DNA of 64,000 nucleotides from Lepidodermella squamata (Eukaryota; Animalia; Gastrotricha), in contig JBLDXI010000041.1 in the NCBI GenBank assembly GCA_047495785.1, positions 101,815 to 165,814 of the forward strand, given 5' to 3'. The position numbers and the translations under genes were made by a program. The notes beneath the pieces are model-generated. The model was not told where the DNA came from. It saw only the letters and a program-made list of their open reading frames with translations, and ran no database searches. The first letter of the stretch is position 1. Every line of letters begins with the position of its first letter. Shown piece by piece: positions 39,585-54,100 of this stretch.

Positions 39585-39830
39585 CAGTGGCGTAGCCAGG
39601 AGTTTTTTAGGGTGATAATTTTGTACCCTCGAGTTCAAAATTTTCGGCAACCTAATAAATGTTTCAAAAATTCCGTTTGCGAGCGAGGCGAGCTTAGCTG
39701 ACGATTTTTCGAGCATTTTAGAGCCGAAAATGGGCTTAAAATGCATTAAAAGGATTCATAGGAAACTTTTAGTTGGTGACCACTTTCAGGAATTTTTCGG
39801 ATAGTCTTTTTTCCCCGATCCCGATTCCCC
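39585..39830 (+). mobile_element. Probable single end or remnant of a MITE (hAT-like terminus CAGTGGCGTAGCCAG)
   Basis: Begins with CAGTGGCGTAGCCAGG, a terminus common in invertebrate non-autonomous DNA transposons. The matching inverted end was not found, so the right boundary is approximate. Confidence 0.4.
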
Positions 39831-42462
39831 GCTTGTAAGACTGTCTCACCCATATTTGTTGGAAATTTGTTGGGTGTTGACAAATAGCTATTATATTATT
39901 ACAGGTATATCATATGTGGATATCCACCGATATCACTCGTATATTGGTGTTATCCGGCGTCAAACAACGTAAAATCCGGATAATATGCCTATAATGAGCA
40001 CGCAAAATATTACGCATCAATTGAATCAACTTGCAAATAATAACTGTTCAAAACAAGCCGGAGGAATTCAGTTGAATTTTGTCTTAACTTGCTGCTTTGC
40101 TCACCTGATTAATTGTCAGCAGTTGACTTGAGATGGATGATGGATCTTTTATAGCCATAAAATGAATCAAAATATGGGTTTAAATATCGGGCGTTGAGTC
40201 GCGGCCAACAAAATGGAACATTTTTGGGATCTGCAGGATCTTTCAAGTGAATAATTTGGGAATACTGCTAATTTATCAGAATTAACAACTAATAACAGGA
40301 AATTAAACAGCTTCGCGCGCGTCAACATTCGGTTTTAACAGCCAAATTCCATTGAAATAACACGTAAAAGGTCGATTTGCTGGTGATGATTTCAAACATT
40401 CTGCATCATATTTCGTTATGCTTAGAGACATTTATAAACCAAAGACGGCCGATTTTTGAATTTGGTTGCAAACATGGTGATTTAACAATCACTACTCTAG
40501 CTAGATTTCTAATACAAGGATACCGTTACAATTTATGTAGCCAATGAAAATTACTAATGTGGACACGTTTCTTAAATACACTGGAACAGGGGCAATCAGT
40601 CGACGCCGCTGGTCTGCTGTCTACTCGAATTTGGCAATGAGAATTGAAGGCGATGGCAATGCCGCTCATGACACATAACAAACATTAAACTAACTACCAG
40701 CTAACCCCATGACTAATGTTAAATGTTGAATGTTGAATGCTAGTAGGTTGAGGCGAAACAGGTCAGTTCCACAGTGTAGGTAATATTTGAGCGTCGGGGT
40801 TGCGAGGCGCGAGGAGTTGGCCAACCTTCGATGATCGTTACAATGAGTTTCATCGATGATCATTCGATGATCGATGAAACTCGATTTTAACCGCTTTGGA
40901 CCGTTTGGAGTGAAAGAGCCAACGGCAAAACAGCAAAACGTAAAAAATCATCAACATCGACATGAAACAATGACTATGCCTCTGCCTTCGGCGTTCACTG
41001 CTGCCACCCCTATCTTGGTGCGAACCCCACGCAACACCTCAACTAAATATTATTTCCTTCTTATGGGGTTAATTGCCGTGGCATGCGATTTGCGGTGCCC
41101 TCTCAGTCCAGGCGAAGACTCGGAATCAATTGGCAAAGAAAAAAAAGAAAAGCGGCAGCAGATATTTATGTTTGCCAAAGTCCAAACGGAAAATCAATCA
41201 ATGTATGTACTTGAGCGTTGAATTCGCAGGAGGTCTTCATCCAACAGTGAAGTCAAAGTCTAAGGGCGTTTGACGTTTCACTTTTTCGCTTTTTGAATTT
41301 TCCGCCAAAATATAAAATATTTGGAAATATATTTATATTGCAGTCACAGTTTTGTCAGGTCTAAATTATTAAATATAGTTCAAGTGCTACTTGGCTGAGT
41401 ACCCGCGACAAAAAAGAATGATCACGTCCTACGCTGATGTCGCGAGAGGAATAGGAAAGCACCAAGGGCGGCCCCTTCCTTATAGGCCCCTCGTCGGTGC
41501 TATTTTTGTGCACTGGATATTTGCCTGTCTCCTCGTTTCCACATGTTTATTAGACGAGCGAATTCTTGGTTTTTCCTACGTTTAACCTAGCATCCCGAAG
41601 CTTTGCCATGCAAACCGACTCCCTTGCTTTTCACCAAGCATTTCAGCGCTTGGGCATGATGCTGACTGGAATTCGATGCATGAAATGGCATCGGCCGAAG
41701 TTCAGTTGCTTTAACCGAGAATATGCACGCTGCTTACTGGGTCATGGCTAATAAAGCGTTCGCTTACATTCAGTGATTGACTGCAACCAAGTCGCGTCCA
41801 ACCACCTTTGGTGGGTATTGAATTTATCGATTAATAATTGTTTACGAAGGTTCTTGTGAAAATTTCCAAGATTCTGTGGACTTCAGCCTTTCGTGTCTAC
41901 TTAAAGGCTAACGGTTGCTTAGTTTGCTTCTTGTACGCCGTTCGAAATTTACTAATGATCGACCTAAAATCTAAAACACCATGGACTTAGCTCGTTTGAA
42001 GGCACAAATTAGGCTGTAAAAATAGTTCACATGCTATAGCTTTTCGCCTATGTATTTCTATGACAGCCTAAGGCGTAGGTTCCGGCCATTGAGAATTCAG
42101 ATTGTTCATCAATCAATCAAGTTCATCAACAATGATCAACAGCATCTTCTCTTCGGCTCTGCTTCAAATATAATACCAATTTCACGTAGCAAGTAGCCCA
42201 TGTTTAATCCTTAGACCCTGTCTAGTTGTTGTTTGTTTGAATGTTGAGAGTTGATTGGAAATTGTCAGTCATAACTTTGTTGACCTCGAACGTTTCTTGA
42301 TCGAGTGAATGATAATGCGACACCGTAGAGCACAAGTGAGACATCCGGTCGAAAAAGCATCTGTTCGCCCGCGGCAGGAAAAACTGCAACTTTCCTGCGG
42401 TCTCAGCTATTTCATTACCATCTTCATATCTATATGCAGGTCTTCATTTGTTTCATTCTTAG

Positions 42463-43892
<1,430 letters not shown>

Positions 43893-45514
43893 AAATCCGC
43901 TCTTCAGTTTGTTTTTAATCTGATGCTGAATTACCGTTTCGTTTCGCTAAGAATTGCTGGTTGTTATTTTAGCTTTGTTGTTTGTCGTTGTTGTACCGCG
44001 TACGGGTTCGTCCTTGGCTTTGCAATATGTGCATCTTCTGTGACCGGGACTCGTTCAACTTGAATGTGAAATTCTGTTAAATTTCATGTGAACAACTACT
44101 TTTAATGCCATTTCCATTTCATGAGCAAATCTTGCTAAGTGATTCATTCACAATTAATCTATGTCGAGTCCGTTTCAAAAGTGTGGGTAGGCTAATTTTG
44201 CGGTTGCGGTTTTTACTCGGTCTTCTGACAGCACTGTTTTTGCCAAAGGCTTTAAGGTCATGATTCGGAGTTGCACACGCGAGTGGGTATTTTATTATAA
44301 ACTATAATGGAAAAATTGTCATGCATTCACAAATACTAATATCCATAGGTAGTATTAACGCTACTGCTACAAAGTTGTACACAATGTTGTTTATCGTTAG
44401 ATATCTTTATCAGTAAATCACGCGTTTTCTGTGTTCATCGATGTGAAAGCCCTTATCTAAAGATGATATGACTATTATCAAGATTGTTTCAAGGAACCTG
44501 ATACCTTATCATCCCGTGTGCGTTTTCTGATGGAATGCTGTTGTGGCTCACTGCTTAGTGTCCTCGATTTTTTGGTTGCGTTACTCTCTCGTATTTTCCT
44601 CCTCTCTTTGCTCCGCCTTGCACACGTCGGGTCAAGTTTAAGTCGAATCTGCGCAATTTGTGTAAAATATTAAATCGCAAGGACCTTCTGTTATTGTTTT
44701 CTCTTGCTGTTTCTTTCGTTGTATTTTGGCCTTGATGTCCTGAATGCATGACAACTGTCGAATTTTACTGGCTTGTGCCGGGGTCACGGGTCACATTCCT
44801 AGGCTTGTTATGTTTCTAATTAATTGTTTGTCTGATATGCATTCGAATGTTTGCGCATGATATCTGCTCGTGTATGTAATGATACTTCAGCTCCTGTAAA
44901 CTCGTCCCGTCCGAGATGTCGGATTGCCCTGTATTTGCGAATTTTTTTTGGTTAAAATTAAGACTCAAGAATACTTTCCCAGCTTCATATTTATATCTAT
45001 TTTTCGAGCGCGCAATGTTCTTTATTTTTTTCAGCGTTGTCATCATTCTCTTATAAATTTCTTGCTGTAGCAACACCGGTTGTGGTGGCATCGTGAAATC
45101 GAAAATTCTGTATGATAACGGACGTGATTGAATGATAGAGAAAGATTTATGATGAGTGGAAATTTATAAAATATGAAGAATTGCCTCATCTTATATACCT
45201 TATTTGAATTTATTAAAGAAATAATTCTATTACACACTGATTCTATCATCAATGTCTGCATATTGATTGGATGTTCTGCGCATCGTTGAAACGTAACGCC
45301 GGTTTCTTTTCTGAAAATGACCGTCACCAGAACGCACCGAGTCGTGCGCGCCACTTTGCACACACATGTTGGTAGCAAAAAACAACAATAAAAGAAAAAA
45401 TGAGCCAACGCGTTTTTTCTGTTTCAAAGTCCGAAATCTCGAGTTACATCTGTGGGTGGGCAATGTCGATTCCATTTATTCAAAATTAATCCTTATTTCA
45501 TTTTCATTTACACA

Positions 45515-46653
45515 TTATGAAGAAGATGATGAAAAAACGACTGCTAATACTGAACCACTTGCGATGGCCATCGTCATCAGCCGCCACGGGAATGGCTGTT
45601 GGCCGCTATTTGTCAGACGCGCCACCGCTTCAGACAAGTCATAAGCGAGTTTCGATTGCGGGGACACGGTCGGTGCTTGGTTTACCACTGGAAACGAGGT
45701 GTTGAAGTAGCCAATTTTCGGAAAATTGATTGAACAGCTGCAAGTGCAGCGCTCATATTTCTGCGCATCGCACCTCGAACAGCTTGACTGGTAATTTTCG
45801 CAACCGGAAGGCAAACACGAAGTGACTTCGCTGCAAATAAATCGAGAAATCATTGAAAAGCAAATAGTAATAGTCAGCTTTTTCATACCTGGTCGAGCCA
45901 CCCCAAGTCGTGCGACGTTCTACGAGGCACCCGATACATTTATATTCGTCGTAGTCCTTCGTTTTCGCAGTCACATTACACGGTATAGGATTTTCAGGCT
46001 CTAAATATTCAAGTTGTAAGTTGTACGTAATCAGTAATAAGTATATGATTTCATCTAATTAACAAACTTGGTCCGTTGCAAAAGTCAGAATCACAACATT
46101 CACATTTCTTCTCCGCCAAGCTTCCGATTAGAACAGGCACCGGTTCTTTATTGAAGATGAATTTTGGGCGTTCAAAGGTGGTTTCGTCAAGCTAGAAACG
46201 TACAATGTATGCAATGCTAACATTTACAAAGTAAAAAACGCGGACACTCACCGGACAAGTGTAGCGCCCGTGCTTGCAGGACAAGCCTTCGGCGGTGCCA
46301 CAGGAACGCCGAATCATCCTAAGTTGCACCGGATGATAGGCTAATTATCGCCGAACACAGGGGACAAATATGCTACATACCTAATCGGATAAAGATTCGC
46401 GTCAACGCCATCGCCAACATCTTGCGTGACTGTCAAAGTAAGACAGACTGTGCAGTAGTTTTCCAAGCTGGTTGAAGTAAGCGGTCCAACAACGGCGGCA
46501 CTGGAATCTCGAAGGACACTTGAAGCGTCGTAGCACACGAGAGAAACGGCTGTAAGTAGTTCAGTTTCTGTATATATAGCTCGTGATGATTATTCAGATA
46601 GGCTTACCACAGCGAGTTATAATCGATAATAGCAAAAATAGAGTCGTTTCCAT
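45515..46653 (-). CDS. Secreted, probably GPI-anchored Ly6/uPAR (three-finger)-like Cys-rich protein, 6 exons
   Basis: Signal peptide METTLFLLLSIITRCAVS, then LVCY...CTVC...RRSC...CECCDSDFCN (Ly6 CCxxxxCN motif), a second Cys-rich segment, and NSG plus a hydrophobic C-terminal tail. All junctions are GT-AG and phase-compatible. Confidence 0.75.
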
Positions 46654-49600
46654 TGATAAATTTAATCCTTATTTGATCGGCGAACAATACCAACTCGGGC
46701 TTTTACATGAGCGATACTCTAGCCGAATTATGGACTAGTAGTTTGCAATCCTCACATCGGTATTTCAGCATACTAAATCACACACTGCTAAATATAAAGC
46801 CAACTAATTCGAGAAAAAAACCATAAAATCTAAAGAGGAAAAAATCGGAACCATTTTCAATTAGTTGAGCTGATTGAATAATCCGTTTGTAAGCTTGAAA
46901 TGGCTAGTGGCCGCTCGGTTGACTCACATCAGGCTTCCGATCGACCTCACAAATAGGCATCGCCGATCACTAGCGACCGCAAATAATACCACATCAAATG
47001 TAAATATTATTATTTTTGAAGCCAGCACTCGACAAATAATAATAATAACAATGGACGGACGTTTGGTTTTTTCCCGGCTCATTGCCGGTAGTCACGAATT
47101 CGTCTCGGTTAGCTAATAAAATATAGCATCGATTGACGGATTTTGTCGCTGCGAGGAAAGTTATATTATTATTTATAACAATAACATTTTCGCGTTGATG
47201 CTAGTCGCCGAATACAGTATACAACATCAGCGGTCAGGAAATTAAAAAAAAACCAACAATTCGAGTTGTAATGTAATTTCACGCGATACGTGTTAAAGTA
47301 GTTGGTGCGAAAAATACAAAGCTATCGGAGAACTTTTCGCGGAAAAACTTGCAGCATAGATGCCGCGTGCCGCAAAGGAAGTCGCAGACGGCACGGATAC
47401 ACTGGCTGTATTCCTGCTTATACTCTCATTCGAAGATTAGCGAACAACTAATCGAGGCAGTTTTGATATCAAATGACTGAGCTATTAGTATATGTCCGAT
47501 CTAAAACGCACCTGATGCACGACTACGCGCTTGTGTTGCGGGTACGAGTAATCACGAGCCGCACTGTTTCTGGGCCAAAAGTTTAATGCCGTATTTAACG
47601 CAGGACTGTTCGCAAGCACATGGGCAAAGTAAAGAATCGTTTTATAAATTTGTTTAGTATCACCGTTATTTAAAGGCAAATTAGCCAACGAGGGTGAAAC
47701 GCATATTTATATAACGAAAAATCAACGAAATCATGTCGTTTCCCTGAGTGATGACACTGAGCGACGAGCAATCGAATATAAAAGCATACAAATTGTTGCA
47801 AATTATCTTCGTTTTAATTCAAACTCAAAAACAAGAACAGAAGCGCTCTCCAATTATTTACATAGAAGACGAATCAAGAAAATCACGCAAAGATTAGCTT
47901 TATTACGAGCATGTCCCGCCGACAGCGCGATTTGACGCTGGCATTTAGTAATATGCGATACTAGCAATCGACAAGGAAAACAAGAGCAAAATACTCACTT
48001 GTTACGCGCTATCAAGAGCAATGAAATTGAGGCATGTTATTTGCATCATTTGGCTCGCTCTGTCTTCGACGTTCATGCGGCCCAGCAGTGCGCCGATGAA
48101 GCCCGCCTCGCGCGAACGACTCGAAGAAAAAATATTCGGAATACATGGACTGTGAAACGGTAAGACGCAACTGCAAGCGTTGGAGCCCGAGGCTTTAAGT
48201 TGATGGTGTTGTTGTTTGAAATCAGCGAAGCGTGATTTTCAAGTTCAAATAATGTGTACATACGTATACCTGATACGCACATGTTTACGCGCATGTAACC
48301 TCTACTAACAAAACTTGAAGATGGGCCGTCTCTCTCAGCAATTCCTGCAGTCGAGTTCGGTTCCTCGGCCGGTAATCGCTAATCAGTATCATTAAGCAAC
48401 ACAATCACGGCAGTCGAAGCCACGCCGGCTGTTATAGAAGATTATAGAAACGCTTGCCCACTTGTGAATACGCCTACATAAGAGCTAGCTCCTTTCTTTC
48501 GCTGATTGTGTTTGGGCCAGGTGTATTATAAAACAATTTGTACGCAGCGCTCGTGTAATAAATTCCAGAGGCAGGGAAATTATAATCGTTGAATGAAGAT
48601 GCGCGCTTATTGGCTCTACGCGAGCGCGGCAAAGCATGTCGGTTGCTTTGTTGTTTTATTGTAGAATGTAACAGTTAACGTTCACTTATTTTAGCGAGCC
48701 AGAATAAATAATTGCAGTGAAACAAGCTCGCTGCTTTTAGCGGGAAGTCGAGCCAAAGCGCTTGTGCTCAGCCACTCGTTTCATGTCGCCAACAAACAAA
48801 ACAATTTACCTACAAAATTACGTTGTTTTTTTAACACAGGAATAAAGCAGGACTAAAAAACAGATGAGCATAAGGGCTTTTACAATCACGAGAGTCGAGG
48901 GTATTTCTCGCGATTTTTGTGGGCTCCTAACAATATCGCTGTAAATTTTGCAACTCCTACAAAGATATTTCAGTCTTGGAAACAGACGAGCACCATAAAT
49001 GAATTTTTTGAGTGCAAAAGGCAGCGTCTGGATTGCAACCTGGCTGCGATAAACACTGCTTTGATAGGATAATAAACAGTGCATACTGTTTTACGTATCA
49101 TGAAACGAATAAACAATCTGGATTTAAATCATCGCCAATAAAAAACCGTCGGCCCATCGACAAAAAATTACCTGTCTGCTTGAACATGAAATAGAGCACA
49201 ATTACTATCCGGCGTAGAAAGCTCGCAGACGACTTGCAATTACACGGTGAAACGCTAAACGTTTGCGAAAGAAACGGCTGCTGGGGTGTGAAAATCTGGC
49301 GATTAAAAGCGCACGCATGGAAAAAATGCTAGAAAGAATGGACCAGATAGGCACCGAACTATGAGCCATTCTTTCTACATATAATAGCTAAATATTTAGA
49401 GCCTTTCTTTTCATGAAAGGCGATGTTGGTAAGAGATTTAAATGTCTAGCTTTGGCATCATGACAAGATCGCGAGTGTATTTTTTCGGCTGAAATCATTC
49501 TACGTTCGATTCGGCACAGCGCTAGCCGCTTTTAACCATATAGCTGCTAAGCTTTCCGATTACAAAGCTTGCGTGATTGCTGAAAGCTTACAGTTGAAAA

Positions 49601-51137
49601 ATGCAATGTGCCTATCCACAGAAAGAAGGCATGTGAAGGGAATGAGGGAATTACGAGTGGTAATATAATCAAGTCAAAACTCAGCGCACCTTTTGTTGAT
49701 TTGCCAATGCATGCAACATAGCGAAATGGGCCATCGAGGCCAATAATTAAATAATTATAACAGCAACGACAGGTCAAATGAAGCAATCAACCTGTGTTGT
49801 ATGCATTAAAGGCAGCCGACATCACGCAATTTTTTGTTACTAACTGTCACAAGATCGCTTTTTATTTGAGCGCGGCGCGAAGAGAGCGATAAAGCGATAA
49901 AGCGCGCTGGCACGTCACCACCACCCTTGCAGTCGGTACGCTTTTAATAGTAGAGCGCTTTTTGCGTCTGACCGCTAATAAAATGTCCGCTTGGCGGCCA
50001 GTAGTCCAAGGCCGGCATTACATGTGCACTAGGTCAGCAATAAACGCATTATTGAAACATGCATTAATAATACAAAGTAAAGGTAAAATACTGCTAAATC
50101 AACTGAATCGAAATGTGTGTATTTTGTCGAGTGTGCTGCTTAAAATCGGCTGCTTTTTGTTTACGATTTCCGGGCCTCAATAAACAATTCCCGCTCGCGC
50201 TTCAATAGTTTAATCACAAGGACTTCGGTAGCTGATGAGGTTTTTGAAAATTCATGTTTTGCTTTTTTCTTTGACAATAATTCAAGTTTCCCCCGTAGTG
50301 CAAGTTTTCAGTAAAAAAAACGAACTGAATAGCTTGCGGCAGAAGCAATTTCAGGTTATATAGTTTTATATGCAACTTACTCTTGTAGGTATGATTTGTT
50401 AGAGGAGAGGGTCAGAAAAGGGATCCTTATATTAGCGTATTTTTTCGACACACAGCTCAAAATATAGCTACATTTCCGGTTCGTTTTTATGGGCGTAAAA
50501 CGATCCTACTCCAGCGCTGCAGCAAAAAACTCTTCCGGGAATTATTCAAATGTAGCTGGATGGACATTCAATATAGGAAAACATCCTAACGTGATTATGG
50601 GCACTATTGTCTATCGATAGCTGTGAGCTTCTGTCAGACCCAATGTCGCCTTGGAAAATGCCAAGTGCGCTCTGGTTTTTTCCTCCAAAATAGAGATGTT
50701 GCCGCAAAATTTGCATTAAATACCCCATGGACACTGCTGGTTGTTGCTTTTAAACAAAAAATGTTACGCGAAACGATATTCAGTATAAATGTGAATCAGA
50801 TCGAATTACTGAGCTTGACGGAATTCTCCGGCTATATTCTACGCCGCTAGTGTGATTGACATTACAGGGGATCACATGAACCGGTTTTCCGATGGATGTT
50901 AGCGTAAGTATAACCGCTGGCACCAAATAATGATTGAGGCAAAATCATGTGTACTCCTTGAATTGATAATTAGCGAGTTTTTGATAAACGTTTTCCCAGC
51001 AAAAACCTTGAATTGCATTGAAATTTATTGCAGTAAAATTAAGAGATGATATGATCACCGTATTAAGCTCATGTGAAATCAACCATTACCAACCGGCCAG
51101 AATAAGAATCTGTTATTCAATAAGCAATAAATAATAA

Positions 51138-54100
51138 TTAAGAAGACGTGCAACTGCTACAGCCGCATCTATCGACAAATCGCAATTTTTCGAGCCGCTC
51201 ATAGACGAAGCCGTCGCCAGTGCATGTCATAGGAATAGCAATCTCAGGGCCCATCACCGGGTTGCAGCATCGGCAAGACGTGCCATCGATCAGATGGGAA
51301 TCAGCAGCGCCAAATGCTGCTCGTTTTTGCGTTGACCAAAACGGGAATGAAACTGATGCACAGGCGCCCGTGCATTCGGATACGCGCACAGGGAACTTTG
51401 ACGTACAGTTGCAATTTTCGGCCGAGACGATAGTGGTAAACTTGGAACTCATGGAGCACTCGTCATTCTTAGGCTCCTCCGCGTCACTAACGACTATATC
51501 TTCATCCTCTACCTCCCGAAGGACTTGTTTAGATACCCTAGGTTCGGGCGGGACATATCCGCAGTAAGAAGTATACAGTTCTGAAGTGAAAGGACGGAGC
51601 GGGTCTTCAATCTCCAGCTCAACAGTGAGCTCACTAATTTCGAGTGAAGAAAGCTCGAATTGCCCGCATTGATTCTATTCAGGAGAAAATAAACCTCAAA
51701 ATATCGCAAGCATTTGAAAATGAATCTTACCAAAGTTGCTATAACGAACTCATCGGTATCATCGCCAGACAGCTTCGACTTCTTAGCGAAAACGACAGCT
51801 CTTTCAAGGTTTCCAAATTTCAACAACTCAGCTGAGGATAAGAGCACCGGTTTTGTGAAAGAGAGGGTGAATTTATAATTCTTTCCACACAATGAACTGC
51901 GCCAGTCCATGAGGTCAGTTTGATTAATACCATTTGAAACTATCATATCGCCAGGTAACAACGAAGATATGGTGAAAGGTTGTTGACGGTTGCAAATAGC
52001 CGAGGTTGGCGGTGTAGTTCCTCGATCCCTAACCACCTTAGGCTTTGTCGTCGTGCGACCAGAGACAGCTGGGCGAGCCGTAGTTGTAGTGACTGAAAAA
52101 TATATTCAGATTGGTCAATTACGCCAGTTATGGAAAGGCTAATCCGTGGCAATTACCGATCCTCTCCTTCGTGCAGCAGCTCAAGCCGACGCGAGAGCGA
52201 ACGGGCTTCGAGTCGTCCTTCGGTGTAAACCTGATGACAACACTGTCGGCGGTGATAGCGTCGCGGCCAGTAAACTTGACTGGCAAATCCCTCGGATCGA
52301 AGGACTAGATTATACACAAACAGAGTAGCAATGCAATGGAGCGAGAGAATATGGCAAACATACCCTGGACACACTCTTCTTGTCTGCGCGGAAAGTCACA
52401 TCCACTCGTTCGACGTTTCTCACGTCAGGAAGATCGAAGCTGAGCACTGGGGTTTCTCGGGGCAGCTCCACAGTAACCTCAGGTTGCTTGTCACGTGGGG
52501 ATGACTCCCAAGGACGGCGAGCCGAAGGTCTGAGATTTTCGCTCTCCTCCTTGTTGCTCGATACACGGAGACTGTCTTGAGGAATGAATGTGGTGTCATC
52601 GAGGCTCGACGATTTGGCGCAGATCTTCTTAGGAGCGGCCGTCGTCTTCGGTGTCTTTGAAGTTGTGGAAGAGCCACGTTCGCGGGGAACGCGGGGGCTG
52701 CTAGGCTTTCCGCTCACTCCCGGCTTTGCAGTAGTCACGGTTGTCTTGCGCACAGTAGTAGTCTTTGGTGCAACCTTGAAGCAACCGAATACAGACAACT
52801 GAGCCTGAACAGGTTCCTTGGGATCTTTCTTGTTGAACACGACAGTGATCGAGTCAGCATTAACCTCCTTCGGGAACTTGGCCGGCAATTCTGAAGGCTT
52901 GTATACCTGAGGAAAAACAAGAAAGAAGTCATAATTTTGCAAACGCTGCGTTGATGATGATACCTTAGGCTCCAATACGGGTCTGGTGTAAACAACGACA
53001 GATTCGACGTTGGTATATTGCGGCAAATCGAAACCAGCGAGAGGCGTGCGAGCGGGGAATCGAATGGTCGTTTCCGGTTTCTTGTCTTCCGGAGAGCTCT
53101 TCCATGGCTTCTCAGACTTTGGCCTCAGGTTCTCCTTGTCCTCGGGCCTGCTTGAAGTTGTAATGGAACTGGAAGGCAAGTAGATGGGTTGTGACATTCC
53201 TTCCTTCTTTTCACAAGGCTTCGGCGTGGTTCCAGGAGTTGTTGATCCCTTGGGCGCGTTCGATGCTCCAGTTTGAGCTTTCGGGGTTGTCGTTTCTGTG
53301 ATTAGTGACAGCGTCATGTGAAAATTAAATCCGCCACATAACGAGTCGATACTTACTTGGTGCCTCCTTGAAGCAGCCACGAACCGCCAACTTTGCTTCC
53401 ACAGGCTTGGAATCATCGATACGAGTGAAGGTCAGGCCGATGGCATCTGCAACCACGTCGGTCGGGAAGTTGACGGGAAGCTCCGAAGGCTTGTATTCCT
53501 AAGATTGACTATTATTAAGCAAGCCAGTCGAAATAGGTAATCTACCCTCACCTTTTCAACGTTCTTGTTCGAAGGCGATACAGTCAAGCGGACAGCCTTA
53601 ACGTTCTTAAGGTCTGGCAGGTCGAAGCCAGCAAGCTCAGAACGGCGCGGGAATTGTACTCCAACGTTGGGCAAGCGATCGGTAGGTGACGATTTCCAAG
53701 GTTGCTTGCTGTTAGGGCGAAGATTTTCCTTGTCCTCAGGCCTGCTTGAGGTGCGCAGGCTTGATGTCGGCAAAAAGGCTGGTTGGTCCATGCCTTCGCG
53801 CTTCGTGCAAGGCTTGCGGGTGCTTGTCGTTCTGCGATCCCTAACCACCTTAGGCTTTGTCGTCGTGCGACCAGAGACAGCTGGGCGAGCCGTAGTTGTA
53901 GTGACTGAAAAATATATTCAGATTGGTCAATTACGCCAGTTATGGAAAGGCTAATCCGTGGCAATTACCGATCCTCTCCTTCGTGCAGCAGCTCAAGCCG
54001 ACGCGAGAGCGAACGGGCTTCGAGTCGTCCTTCGGTGTAAACCTGATGACAACACTGTCGGCGGTGATAGCGTCGCGGCCAGTAAACTTGACTGGCAAAT

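Noticed and set aside
41369-41378. TTAAATATAG as an autoregulatory MEF2 site
   Set aside because: It fits YTA(W)4TAR, but such matches are expected by chance in AT-rich DNA.
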